64,000 nucleotides of DNA from an uncultured Candidatus Saccharibacteria bacterium (GCA_964373915.1 CAYJWP010000001.1:51860-115859); one strand, 5' to 3'; shown: positions 17,453 through 25,977, numbered from the stretch's first letter. Notes: generated from the letters alone by a model not told the origin. Numbers and translations are program-made.

Positions 17453-18592
17453 GTGGATAAGTTTGCTCGGTACGACATCTTTTTTTACGGAGTGGCAATG
17501 TTTCTAGCCGGAGTTTTGCTTTCTAGTTTAGGCATAAGTTTTTGGATTATTGCCGGCCTGGTAATTTTTTTAGCTTTAGCTTCCCGAATGTCATCTTTAA
17601 GCCCGTTGCTGATATTAGTTTTAGCCGGCTCTCTTTATTACTCATGGCGCATCTCTATGCCTCTGGAAATCTCTTTTGGCAAAGAAATTTTTGGATGGCT
17701 TTTAAACATTAAAGAGGGGATTATTGAGGCGCATCGGCGGCTCTTAGGCTCGGAGCAAGCGGCTTTTTTATCCGGCATTACCATCGGCCATCGTTATGGA
17801 TTTTCTCAAAATTTTCTGGAACGGCTTTCTTTAAGCGGCACCCGCCACGTAGTAGTGCTTTCGGGCTCTAATCTTACAATTCTCATTCTTATAATTATGC
17901 GGCTCCGCAGCTCTTTTCTTTCAAAAAAGTTTGCTTTTGCCCTTTCTTTTTTAACCGTTCTGGCCCTTGTGGCTATGACCGGCTTTGAAGTTTCCGCCGT
18001 GCGCGCCTCCTTAATGGCTTTTGTTTTCGGTATAGCCACTCAAAGCGAGCGCCTTTACAGCCCCCGTAATTCTATAGCTCTGGCAGGTTTAATTTTAATT
18101 CTCGTCAATCCTCAAAACCTTGTTTTTGATATCGGCTTCCAGCTTTCCTTTATGGCTATTCTTGGAGTAGCCTATATTTTACCTGCTTTAAAAAACGCTC
18201 TGCGGATAAAAACTTTTGGCGGGCTTGATTGGCGTGAAGCGGCCCTTGGAACAATCGCCGCCCAAACAGCAGTCGCGCCTATTTTAATCGCTAACTTCTC
18301 TAACTTCACTTTGACATCCTTTATCGCTAACGCTCTTATTTTGGCGGTGGTGCCGCCAACAATGATTGTTGGTTTTATTCTGGCGCTAGCCTACTGGCTG
18401 TTTTATCCGGCGGCGATTGTTTTAAGCTGGCTGGCGTCTTTCTTGCTCGGTTATCAGATTTTTGTTATAAATATTTTTTCTCGGATTTATCTGCCCTTTA
18501 ATCCTGATTTAGGATTTTTAGGAATCGCTATTTATTACGCCGTTGTTTTTATTTTTATCGCCAAGTTTTATGGAAAAAGAGCCGAATTATAA
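17453..18592 (+). CDS. comEC: ComEC/Rec2 DNA-internalization competence protein, membrane competence domain
   Basis: Multi-TM protein. 'LSGITIGHRYGFSQNFLERLSLSGTRHVVVLSGSNLTIL' matches the ComEC competence-domain signature. Confidence 0.8.
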   Translation: MDKFARYDIFFYGVAMFLAGVLLSSLGISFWIIAGLVIFLALASRMSSLSPLLILVLAGSLYYSWRISMPLEISFGKEIFGWLLNIKEGIIEAHRRLLGSEQAAFLSGITIGHRYGFSQNFLERLSLSGTRHVVVLSGSNLTILILIIMRLRSSFLSKKFAFALSFLTVLALVAMTGFEVSAVRASLMAFVFGIATQSERLYSPRNSIALAGLILILVNPQNLVFDIGFQLSFMAILGVAYILPALKNALRIKTFGGLDWREAALGTIAAQTAVAPILIANFSNFTLTSFIANALILAVVPPTMIVGFILALAYWLFYPAAIVLSWLASFLLGYQIFVINIFSRIYLPFNPDLGFLGIAIYYAVVFIFIAKFYGKRAEL

Positions 18593-19403
18593 AATTTATT
18601 TTTATTTTACTCTTATTATCCTTGCCGGCTTTAACCTATGGTTGTGGCGAGCCGTATTTTTTTCTAGTGGAGACATCAAACCGGCGGTTTATTTTTTTAA
18701 TGTAGGGCAAGGCGACAGCCAACTGATTGCCTTGCCGCCGGTTAACATTCTCATTGATGGAGGGAGAGGAAAAAGAGTTTTAGGAGAATTGGACAAAGTC
18801 TTCAGCGAGTTCAATGGCAAATATATTGATTTAGTAATTGCTACCCATGCCGATATTGACCATTTTGGCGGTCTCAGGGAGGTTGTGAAAAATTATCAAG
18901 TAGGCGCTTTTTTATTTAACGGCAAAGCCAGCAATAATTCCGCTTATTTAGAATTAGTATCGTTAGTAAATAGGGCGGGTATTCCCATTATCAATCTAGC
19001 CGCCAAAGATAAAATAAAATACAACAATGATTATCTAGCCGTTCTTTCTCCGGAAGCTAAAGAAATTTTTTATAACGATGATAATAATTCCAGCTTGGTT
19101 TTAATGTTGAACGCGGGCGGAGAAAAAGCCCTTTTTACTGGAGATATCAGTCTTAAAACTGAGGATAAATTAGCGAGCCGTTACGATTTAACCGCTGATA
19201 TTCTCAAGGTTTCCCATCACGGTTCCAAAAACTCATCCGGCGCTAATTTCTTAAATGATGTTTTGCCTAGAATTAGCGTTATCGGAGTTGGCAGAAACAG
19301 CTACGGCCATCCCCATCCTCTAACTATTGAACGTCTGCAAAAAGCCGGCTCTAAAATCTTTAGAACCGACACGGACGGCGCCATTAAAATTGTTTTAGAT
19401 TAA
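18570..19403 (+). CDS. ComEC C-terminal metallo-beta-lactamase domain protein (separate gene)
   Basis: MBL motifs 'VGQGDS', 'ATHADIDHFGG' (HxHxDH), 'KVSHHGS'. Start taken at ATG 18570 (MEKEPNY...). Overlaps the upstream comEC by about 23 nt. Confidence 0.8.
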   Translation: MEKEPNYKIYFYFTLIILAGFNLWLWRAVFFSSGDIKPAVYFFNVGQGDSQLIALPPVNILIDGGRGKRVLGELDKVFSEFNGKYIDLVIATHADIDHFGGLREVVKNYQVGAFLFNGKASNNSAYLELVSLVNRAGIPIINLAAKDKIKYNNDYLAVLSPEAKEIFYNDDNNSSLVLMLNAGGEKALFTGDISLKTEDKLASRYDLTADILKVSHHGSKNSSGANFLNDVLPRISVIGVGRNSYGHPHPLTIERLQKAGSKIFRTDTDGAIKIVLD

Positions 19404-19409
19404 TTACTT

Positions 19410-20381
19410 ATGAATCGCTGGTTAAAAATATTAATTATTTTGGCGGCTGCCGCCCTGTTTATCCAGGCCTCTGTTTATCTGGCTGTCAATCGGCGAGAGG
19501 CGGGGGAATTGGCGGCGCCCAGCCAGTTTAAAGAGTTGCATCTGGCGGATATTTCTAAAGAAACTAAACCGCCGTCAAAACTGGCAAACTTTCGCCTCTG
19601 TTCTTTTCAGACAAACTCTTTGCCATCCCATCAAGGAGCGGTTTTTAGCAGGATTGCCTGGGCGGGCTCCAGCGAGAACGCCAATGATGAGTGGTTTGAG
19701 ATAAAAAAAATATCAGCGGGGGAGATTAATATTTCCGGCTGGCAGGCTGTTAACAAGAACGAAAGATTAAAAGCGGTGGTCGCTCAAGAAACATTTTTAA
19801 CTGAAAGCAATCCCCTCTATCTCTTGAAAAGAAGCGTCCATTACACAGGGGCGCTGAAAAACAACAACGAAGGACTCCGGCTCTTTGATAAGAATTGCCA
19901 GCTTATTGATGAAGTTTTTGCTGATTCTGATTGGCCGGCAGGGGATAACGAATTAAAACTGGTGATGAAAAGAGCCGGGGACTTATCTTGGTATGATGAC
20001 AGAATAATTCCAGCTTCCCAGCAGGCCCAGAATATAAATAACGGCGCCGCTTCTGTCGTTATTTATGAAATTCAAGCCGGTTCCGAAGTATCCACGAATA
20101 ATGAATATATAAAACTGCGCAATCTCACCGAACAAACTATTAGTTTGGATGGCTGGTCATTAAAGAAAAAGACAGCTTCCGGTAAAGAATATACCCTGGT
20201 TTCTAGCTCAAAATTTACCGGATTGATAACGGCTCAAGGTTTTTTTGTTATTGCCCACAAAGATTATGAAGGCGAGGCAAATTTAAGATACTCCAACACT
20301 TCTAATTCTTTGGCTAATTCCAACAATACAGCAATTATTTACAATAAGAGCGGAAATTTAATCAGCGAGTTTAAGTATTAA
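19410..20381 (+). CDS. lamin-tail-domain (LTD) protein, two LTD copies, signal-anchored
   Basis: 'ANDEWFEIKKISAGEINISGWQ' and 'NNEYIKLRNLTEQTISLDGWSL' match the LTD signature (NE[WY][IV]E[IL]xN ... GW). Immediately downstream of comEC, as is common. Confidence 0.7.
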   Translation: MNRWLKILIILAAAALFIQASVYLAVNRREAGELAAPSQFKELHLADISKETKPPSKLANFRLCSFQTNSLPSHQGAVFSRIAWAGSSENANDEWFEIKKISAGEINISGWQAVNKNERLKAVVAQETFLTESNPLYLLKRSVHYTGALKNNNEGLRLFDKNCQLIDEVFADSDWPAGDNELKLVMKRAGDLSWYDDRIIPASQQAQNINNGAASVVIYEIQAGSEVSTNNEYIKLRNLTEQTISLDGWSLKKKTASGKEYTLVSSSKFTGLITAQGFFVIAHKDYEGEANLRYSNTSNSLANSNNTAIIYNKSGNLISEFKY

Positions 20382-20800
20382 TTATTATAAGTAAGCTCCA
20401 CTCGATCTTTATCTTTCATTAAATAATCGCCAAACTCCGGAGCTTCTTTGCCGTTTACCAGCATTTTTAAATCATTTTTATCTAACTCTTCCCCCCAAAT
20501 CTCAAAAAACTTGGCAAGTTTTGTGTCTTCTTTTCTTACCAATCCGGAAAATTCCATATGGATGGTGCCGTCCGTTTCATGAGTGTGCATTTGTTGGTGC
20601 ACCACTCCCAATCCGATGCCGGCTGGTATCACTCTCGGCACCCCTTTATCGGTGATAGAGAGTTTAGGATGCCAATGTATGCCGTTTTTTGAGACGATAT
20701 CTTCCTCTGGAATAGGCGGGATATTAACCAGATACCAAATAAACCAGCCAACACCCCCCAAAACAATCACCGCCAATAAAACCTTGATAAAAAATCTCAT
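20378..20800 (-). CDS. hypothetical membrane-anchored His-rich protein (paralog of 26079-26642)
   Basis: N-terminal TM, then 'GIHWHP...IPAGIGLG...HTHETDGTIHMEF...FFEIWGEEL'. Last gene of the DsbA/VKOR-like operon. Confidence 0.5.
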   Translation of the reverse strand: MRFFIKVLLAVIVLGGVGWFIWYLVNIPPIPEEDIVSKNGIHWHPKLSITDKGVPRVIPAGIGLGVVHQQMHTHETDGTIHMEFSGLVRKEDTKLAKFFEIWGEELDKNDLKMLVNGKEAPEFGDYLMKDKDRVELTYNN

Positions 20801-20804
20801 ATTT

Positions 20805-21362
20805 TTAATTTAGATTATTATTAATGTTACAAACTTGCAGATTATTAATTTTTTTTGCTGTAAAAATAATTGATGTGCCTAGAATGCCCACGCTCAGCAA
20901 GCCGAACTCACCGCCATTGAGCGGCAGAACATAGATTAGTCCGCCGGCGCCGATTAAAGCTAGTAACGGCCCCAGAACTAATGTGCCGCAAGCGGCGCAA
21001 CCGACGCCAAAGACGCCGCTGACAAAACCCGCTAGACTGCCGGTCACGCCGCTCCTTATAGGCGCGCTTTTTTTCTGCCTCATATAATAAACAACCATAG
21101 CCGTATTAATGCCCAGTAAAACTGCAATCGCTACAGTGTAAGAGGCAGAAAGGGCGGTAAAATTCGTTCCGATGGACGTCATCAAGTTGGCCAAAAAAAT
21201 AACTTTTTCGGAAAAAACCACCATTGGGGAGCTTGTTATCTGCCAGATAAGTCCTAAATTGGGTAACCAAGTGGATAGCGCGAGCATTAACAAAGCAACC
21301 AACGCGGCTAGCGCCAGATAGGTGGCTTTTCTGAAAACCTTATTCAACGCCGAAAAAAGCAT
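20805..21362 (-). CDS. integral membrane protein with an intramembrane CxxC (VKOR/DsbB-like thiol-oxidoreductase partner, inferred)
   Basis: Four to five TM helices. 'GVFGVGCAACGTLVLG' (C-A-A-C) inside a TM helix. Directly downstream of a DsbA-like thioredoxin gene. Confidence 0.45.
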   Translation of the reverse strand: MLFSALNKVFRKATYLALAALVALLMLALSTWLPNLGLIWQITSSPMVVFSEKVIFLANLMTSIGTNFTALSASYTVAIAVLLGINTAMVVYYMRQKKSAPIRSGVTGSLAGFVSGVFGVGCAACGTLVLGPLLALIGAGGLIYVLPLNGGEFGLLSVGILGTSIIFTAKKINNLQVCNINNNLN

Positions 21363-21367
21363 CAGGT

Positions 21368-22090
21368 CTATTTCTCTTTTAGCGCCAACTCAACAACTTG
21401 CCTGATCGCTTCATAGGGCTGAGCGCCGTTGACAGGAAATTTTTTACCGTTAGAGGCAACAACAATACTCCACGGTGTGCCATTGCCGCCGGTAGCTATC
21501 GCGTCTTGCGCATCAGCCTCAATGTGGCCGGCAAACTTACCGCCCTTACTATCATTATCTTTAACCAATTTTTCAAAAGGAACGGGATTAAGCCCGACAT
21601 CTTTGGCTATTTGTACCAATTGAGAAAGTTCTAACTGGTCATTAGATGGCGTAATCTCAAATAACCTGTCTAAATAAGCCCAGAACTTGTCATTACCGCC
21701 CAATTCGCCTGCCAACTCCGCAGCCGCCGCCTCCATGCGGGCTTTGGAATGCAGCTGGTCAAGAGGGAAATGGCGGTAGACCCAAGCCACTTTGCCGTTG
21801 TATTCCTTAACTATTTGCTGGAGAGTCGGGTGAATTCTCTTGCAGAACGGGCACTCGGTATCGGAAAACTCCACTATTTTCACCGGAGCTTTTGAATCGC
21901 CTTTGATATGGTCTTTGCCGGTTATCGGTTTCAAATCATCAAGATTGCCCGTTGGCGGAGGTTCTTGGGGTAAAGCCCCAAGATTAGCTGAGGAACGGCC
22001 GACAGAATACACCACCGCCCCCGAAATAAGCACTCCCGCTATCAAAATTGATATGGGGAGAAAATAATTTCTCTTTTGTTGATTTTCCAT
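21368..22090 (-). CDS. DsbA-family thiol:disulfide oxidoreductase (thioredoxin fold)
   Basis: Active site 'ECPFCKRIHP' (CPFC), signal-anchor N-terminus, thioredoxin-like length. Start taken at internal ATG 22090 (MENQQ...). Confidence 0.8.
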   Translation of the reverse strand: MENQQKRNYFLPISILIAGVLISGAVVYSVGRSSANLGALPQEPPPTGNLDDLKPITGKDHIKGDSKAPVKIVEFSDTECPFCKRIHPTLQQIVKEYNGKVAWVYRHFPLDQLHSKARMEAAAAELAGELGGNDKFWAYLDRLFEITPSNDQLELSQLVQIAKDVGLNPVPFEKLVKDNDSKGGKFAGHIEADAQDAIATGGNGTPWSIVVASNGKKFPVNGAQPYEAIRQVVELALKEK

Positions 22091-22146
22091 TTTGATTTTG
22101 ATGTTAATTTTTATATTATGACTTTTAAAATACCAGCTTATCAAAA

Positions 22147-22509
22147 TTAAGCTAAATTGTACAACCGGCTATGCATAATGCCTTGGCTCAATAAATTACG
22201 AAGCGGGTTAAACAACTTTGAAATTAATTCTTTTTCCCTTGATTGTTTTGCTGGTAATAACTTAAAAATTTTATTTTTTAATTTTTCTTGGTAAAAATAA
22301 AGATTAGTAACCAATAAAAATAATAGGCCAATTATACCAAACAACAAAAACTGATTTTTTGAAGAAATTAAATTAATCGGCGCCAGTTTAAAGAGGCAAG
22401 CCGAATGTTCGGTGCTGATATTTTGTCCAACTGGCTGCAAAAAAGCGCAAAAAGCAACTATTACCAATACAGAAATAAATATGCTTAGAAGTAAGTGATT
22501 ATTAGCCAT
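22147..22509 (-). CDS. hypothetical small membrane protein
   Basis: Two hydrophobic segments. First gene of the minus-strand operon ahead of the dsbA-like gene. Confidence 0.4.
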   Translation of the reverse strand: MANNHLLLSIFISVLVIVAFCAFLQPVGQNISTEHSACLFKLAPINLISSKNQFLLFGIIGLLFLLVTNLYFYQEKLKNKIFKLLPAKQSREKELISKLFNPLRNLLSQGIMHSRLYNLA

Positions 22510-22567
22510 TTAATTTTATATTAAATAATATAACTGATTATGCTGTTCAGCAAATAATGTTGCAAGC

Positions 22568-22595
22568 TTGAACAAAGAGACATTAAGCGTAAAAT
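22568..22595 (+). promoter_or_regulatory. sigma70-like promoter (TTGAAC-16-TAAAAT)
   Basis: Hexamers about 40 nt upstream of a strong SD 'AAAGGAGGGTGA' and the ATG at 22634. Confidence 0.5.
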
Positions 22596-22633
22596 TAAAT
22601 CGGCATCTTATTTTTAATAAAGGAGGGTGATTT

Positions 22634-22888
22634 ATGAATGGTAACGATTTCAACTGGATGTTGAGGCAGATTTTAGATGAATTAAGAAAATATATCAGCT
22701 CTCCGGCAGTCATTGCTTTTACCTTGCAGAAAAAGCGCTGGCTCTATCCCACCGCTGGCTTTCAGGTGAGCATTATTGACTGCTTATTGCTTTACGGCCG
22801 AGGTGGCTTTGACAGTGTTAAAGTGAAATTGCCGGAAATTATTAAAGAAAGCCAAAAATACCAAGAGCACATTTTAAATAATCATTAA
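22634..22888 (+). CDS. hypothetical small protein (84 aa)
   Basis: Strong SD 'AAAGGAGGGTGATTT' immediately before the ATG. Followed by the hairpin terminator at 22889-22918. Confidence 0.5.
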   Translation: MNGNDFNWMLRQILDELRKYISSPAVIAFTLQKKRWLYPTAGFQVSIIDCLLLYGRGGFDSVKVKLPEIIKESQKYQEHILNNH

Positions 22889-22918
22889 AAACCCCCGAGT
22901 CTGACTAGGGGGCTTTAA
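22889..22918 (+). terminator. rho-independent terminator
   Basis: 'CCCCCGAGTCTGACTAGGGGGCTTTAATT'. Confidence 0.6.
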
Positions 22919-22992
22919 TTACTGGATAAATATAGTTATTAGTGTTATAAGTATCTATTGAAAAGCACCTTAACATATAAAAAGGAGGGTGA

Positions 22993-23826
22993 ATGTCCAA
23001 GATTAATCTGATTAACGCTAAAGAGTATGATTACACAGTCACTCAATTGAGAAAATTTTTCAGGGACAGGAGATTTATTGAGGTGGGCGTCCAGCACCGG
23101 CTAAGCATTTTGGCGGCCTGCGAAGACCCGCGGACTATCGGCACTTACAATTATGCCGGCCAGCTTTGGCCCTTGCCTCAGACCGGCCAGATGTGGCTGG
23201 AATACGAATTACTTAACTGGCCTGACGCCGCTGGCTATTATTGCGTCAGCACCAGCTATCGGCAGGAGCCTAATCCCGTTCCGGGCAGGCATGATCTAGT
23301 GTTCCCGATGTTTGAATTTGAAACCCACGGCAATATGGATGATTTAATCCGGCTGGAAATGGATTTGTTGGAACATCTGGCATTTGGTTCGGCAAGCAAT
23401 TACGCTGTCAGAGAATACAGCGAACTGGCCCAGCGGTATGGAGTTAAAGAATTAGGCATCAAAGAAGAAGAAGCGCTGGGCAAGGATTATGGGCCGGTCT
23501 GTTTTGCCACGAAGTTTCCCCTCTATACCTCGCCTTTTTGGAATATGAAAAAATCCGGCGGCTACGCCAATAAAGTTGACGTCATGCTCTACGGCGTGGA
23601 AACAATCGGTTCGGCAGAACGAAGCACGAATCCGACAGAAATGAGAGATTTATTTCATACCATCAGCGACGGCATGTACGCCGACATTCTTTATTCGCAA
23701 TTCAGCAAGAAAAGGGTGGAGGAGGAGCTGGAATCATTTTTGGCTCTCAATATGATTCCCCGTTGCGGCGGCGGAATCGGAATTACCAGAATGATTCGGG
23801 CTCTGAAACTAGCCAAGAAACTCTAA
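22993..23826 (+). CDS. stand-alone class II aminoacyl-tRNA-synthetase-like catalytic core (archaeal-type asparagine synthetase A / AsnRS-paralog-like)
   Basis: Motif 1-like 'LRKFFRDRRFIEVGVQ', motif 2-like 'YRQEPNPVPGRHDLVFPMFEFE', 'SPFWNMKK', motif 3 'RCGGGIGITRMIRAL'. No anticodon-binding domain. 277 aa. Near-identical SD context to the upstream small ORF ('AAAGGAGGGTGA'). Confidence 0.7.
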   Translation: MSKINLINAKEYDYTVTQLRKFFRDRRFIEVGVQHRLSILAACEDPRTIGTYNYAGQLWPLPQTGQMWLEYELLNWPDAAGYYCVSTSYRQEPNPVPGRHDLVFPMFEFETHGNMDDLIRLEMDLLEHLAFGSASNYAVREYSELAQRYGVKELGIKEEEALGKDYGPVCFATKFPLYTSPFWNMKKSGGYANKVDVMLYGVETIGSAERSTNPTEMRDLFHTISDGMYADILYSQFSKKRVEEELESFLALNMIPRCGGGIGITRMIRALKLAKKL

Positions 23827-23839
23827 TAAATATCAACGG

Positions 23840-23866
23840 AAAACCCCGACGCTGTCGGGGTTTTTT
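23840..23866. terminator. bidirectional rho-independent terminator
   Basis: 'AAAACCCCGACGCTGTCGGGGTTTTTT'. The T-tract overlaps the stop codon of the convergent minus-strand gene. Confidence 0.75.
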
Positions 23867-24152
23867 AAAGGCCAACCTTATCTTTAATACGCTTGATGTC
23901 TTTCTGCATCTCAGCAACCTCCGCTTTTAAGTCAGGATAACAAGCTACCCTGTCTTCTATGCCATCAAGTCGATAGTTAATAGAAATAATCTCTTTTCTT
24001 ATTTCTTTTACTTCTGCTCTTATTTCTTTTACTTCTGCTCTTATTTCTTTAACCCCCCCCTCTATTTTATCAAGTCTTTTATTGGTAACAGAAAACTCAC
24101 TCTGAATCATTATTGCTAAACCATTAATTGTCATGCCTTTATTTTTTATCAT
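23865..24152 (-). CDS. small coiled-coil protein with in-frame 21-bp tandem repeats (heptad 'AEVKEIR' x ~3) and a G8 homopolymer
   Basis: 'EIRAEVKEIRAEVKEIRKEI' encoded by 2.5 copies of 'CTTATTTCTTTTACTTCTGCT' (23998-24050). A C8 run on the plus strand at 24053-24060 encodes 'GGV'. Confidence 0.5.
   Translation of the reverse strand: MIKNKGMTINGLAIMIQSEFSVTNKRLDKIEGGVKEIRAEVKEIRAEVKEIRKEIISINYRLDGIEDRVACYPDLKAEVAEMQKDIKRIKDKVGL
23998..24050. repeat. 21-bp tandem repeat, about 2.5 copies, inside a CDS
   Basis: Direct repeat visible in the sequence. Confidence 0.8.
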
Positions 24153-24197
24153 GTTTTAATCCTAAACTCATGAAGCAAAAAAATCAATTTTATATAG

Positions 24198-25166
24198 TCA
24201 TACCTCTAGCTTTGCTTTAATACCGTTCAAAATCCTTTTCACATTCTTGATGCTTTCTGCGTTGTTTAGGGAAATTGCGATTGCGTTAGAGTCTATTTTT
24301 TTGAGCGCCGATAATTTTTCCTTGATTTCTCCAGCGGTTGCAAGATCGCTCTTTGTAAGAAAAAGACGCTCCGGTTTTTTAAGAAGGGCGCTATTCCATG
24401 CGCCTAATTCTTTACGAATGATTTTGTAATCTTTGGAAGGATCGGGGGACTCTGCCGAAATAAAATGGAAGAGAATGTGAGTCCGCTCAATATGGCGGAG
24501 GAATTTAAAGCCTAAGCCTTTGCCGCTTGAAGAGCCTTCTATCAGTCCGGGGATATCCGCAAGGATAAGTTCGTAATAAGCTCCCAGATTCGGCTCAAGG
24601 GTGGTGAATGGATAATTTGCCACTTTGCCTTGGGCGCTCGTGAGCTTATTTAATAAGCTGGATTTTCCGACATTAGGAAGGCCCACAAAGCCGATATCAG
24701 CAATAAACTTTAGCTCTAGCCGAAATGCGAAAGACTCTCCCGGCCTACCTGGTTGGGACTGCTTAGGAGAAGTGTTCTTCGGAGAACGAAACTGGAAATT
24801 GCCCTTTCCGCCGATGCCGCCCTTCGCCAGAAGAATTCGTTCGCCGGTATGGTCAATACTAGTTTCGCTGCCAGTTGTGAGATTGTGGACTACCGTCCCG
24901 ACTGGAAGCTTAAGGATAAGGTCGTCGCCATTCTTGCCGTCGCGAAACTGGCCTCGGCCATACTGGCCATCCTCGGCAGAAAATTCTTTTTTGAAACGAA
25001 ATTGCGAAAGCCGAGTAAGGTCAGGGACGCCTTCGGCATAAACACTGCCACCTTTGCCTCCAGACCCTCCGACAGGCCCGAGACTTTTCATGTTTTTATT
25101 AAATGCCACCGCACCTCTGCCTCCATGGCCTGCGTTTATTTTTATTTTAATATCGTCTACAAGCAT
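24198..25166 (-). CDS. obg: GTPase Obg (short form lacking the C-terminal OCT domain)
   Basis: Gly-rich Obg fold 'HGGRGAVAFNKNMKSLGPVGGSGGKGGSVY'. G-domain 'GLPNVGKSSLL' and 'DIPGLIEGSS'. 322 aa. Confidence 0.9.
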   Translation of the reverse strand: MLVDDIKIKINAGHGGRGAVAFNKNMKSLGPVGGSGGKGGSVYAEGVPDLTRLSQFRFKKEFSAEDGQYGRGQFRDGKNGDDLILKLPVGTVVHNLTTGSETSIDHTGERILLAKGGIGGKGNFQFRSPKNTSPKQSQPGRPGESFAFRLELKFIADIGFVGLPNVGKSSLLNKLTSAQGKVANYPFTTLEPNLGAYYELILADIPGLIEGSSSGKGLGFKFLRHIERTHILFHFISAESPDPSKDYKIIRKELGAWNSALLKKPERLFLTKSDLATAGEIKEKLSALKKIDSNAIAISLNNAESIKNVKRILNGIKAKLEV

Positions 25167-25284
25167 AATATTTGCAGTGTAGCATATTGCTAACCAAAGC
25201 TGTCCCTCCTGAATGAAATCCGATTAGAAGCAAAAATTAGGCGCACGCAAAACCAGAAAAGATCTTTAAGGGTTGTATCTCTTT

Positions 25285-25824
25285 TTATTTCATTTCTTTC
25301 TCAATGTCCTTTATTTCTTTTTTCACGAATTTTTCCGCATCGCCCAAATCTTTCTTAAGTCGTTTAATAACTTTTTCTTCTTCTTTGGTGAGTTCGCGCC
25401 TCGTCTTAGTTTTCTCAAGCATTTTTACTTGTTCTCGTATATCTTCTCTCAGTAAATCAAATGCTTTATGCAATGCTTGCTCGGCTTCGTTGACTTCTTT
25501 TCGGAGTCGATTTCTCATATGTTTGAATTTATTCCAGAAATACCAAACAAGAATAAGTAAAAGTATAATCAAGGCAATAAGCGGAATAATAACAGCAAGG
25601 AATGTTACTGCTCTGGCCGCTACTTCCAAAATTGCCGGCCGCTGAACAACAATAGTTAATTTGTCTGATGGACCGCTTCTTGCGCCCCTCTTGTCAATTA
25701 CTTCAGACCATAATTGATAAATGCCATCCTTTGGTTTTTCACCTGCGATAAAGATAAAGTTTCCCTCTTTGTCGCTTTCTACATCATAACTTTGGGCATT
25801 TTCTTTTTCTTTTTGAAGCCACAA
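25285..25824 (-). CDS. hypothetical protein: possible C-terminal remnant of a surface protein (Ig-like segment, TM anchor, charged coiled-coil tail)
   Basis: No signal peptide at the N-terminus but an internal TM 'VTFLAVIIPLIALIILLLILVWYFW' followed by a K/E-rich tail. Lies next to tRNA-Gln. Confidence 0.4.
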   Translation of the reverse strand: MWLQKEKENAQSYDVESDKEGNFIFIAGEKPKDGIYQLWSEVIDKRGARSGPSDKLTIVVQRPAILEVAARAVTFLAVIIPLIALIILLLILVWYFWNKFKHMRNRLRKEVNEAEQALHKAFDLLREDIREQVKMLEKTKTRRELTKEEEKVIKRLKKDLGDAEKFVKKEIKDIEKEMK

Positions 25825-25977
25825 GACAACTTTAGAATAAGGAAATAGCTTCTGATTAATTCTTTGACTACTTTCTCATCTTCACCATTGCCCTGTATTT
25901 GATGTTTGACGTGAGAGAGCAAGTGACTTTCGAGAAGGAATACCCCATATTCTATTTGTCAAACAACTGCTCTGTAG

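Noticed and set aside
22516-22713. 65-aa minus-strand ORF overlapping the promoter, SD and start of the 84-aa plus-strand gene
   Set aside because: It overlaps a clear promoter/SD/ATG arrangement on the other strand and has no expression signals of its own.
23998-24060. Possible CRISPR-like or minisatellite array
   Set aside because: Only 2.5 contiguous 21-bp repeats with no spacers, lying in-frame inside a coiled-coil ORF. It is a coding tandem repeat, not a CRISPR array. No CRISPR array or cas gene was seen anywhere in the window.
24247-25193. Several 60-146-aa plus-strand ORFs across obg
   Set aside because: They are antisense to a confidently identified Obg GTPase gene. These are shadow ORFs.
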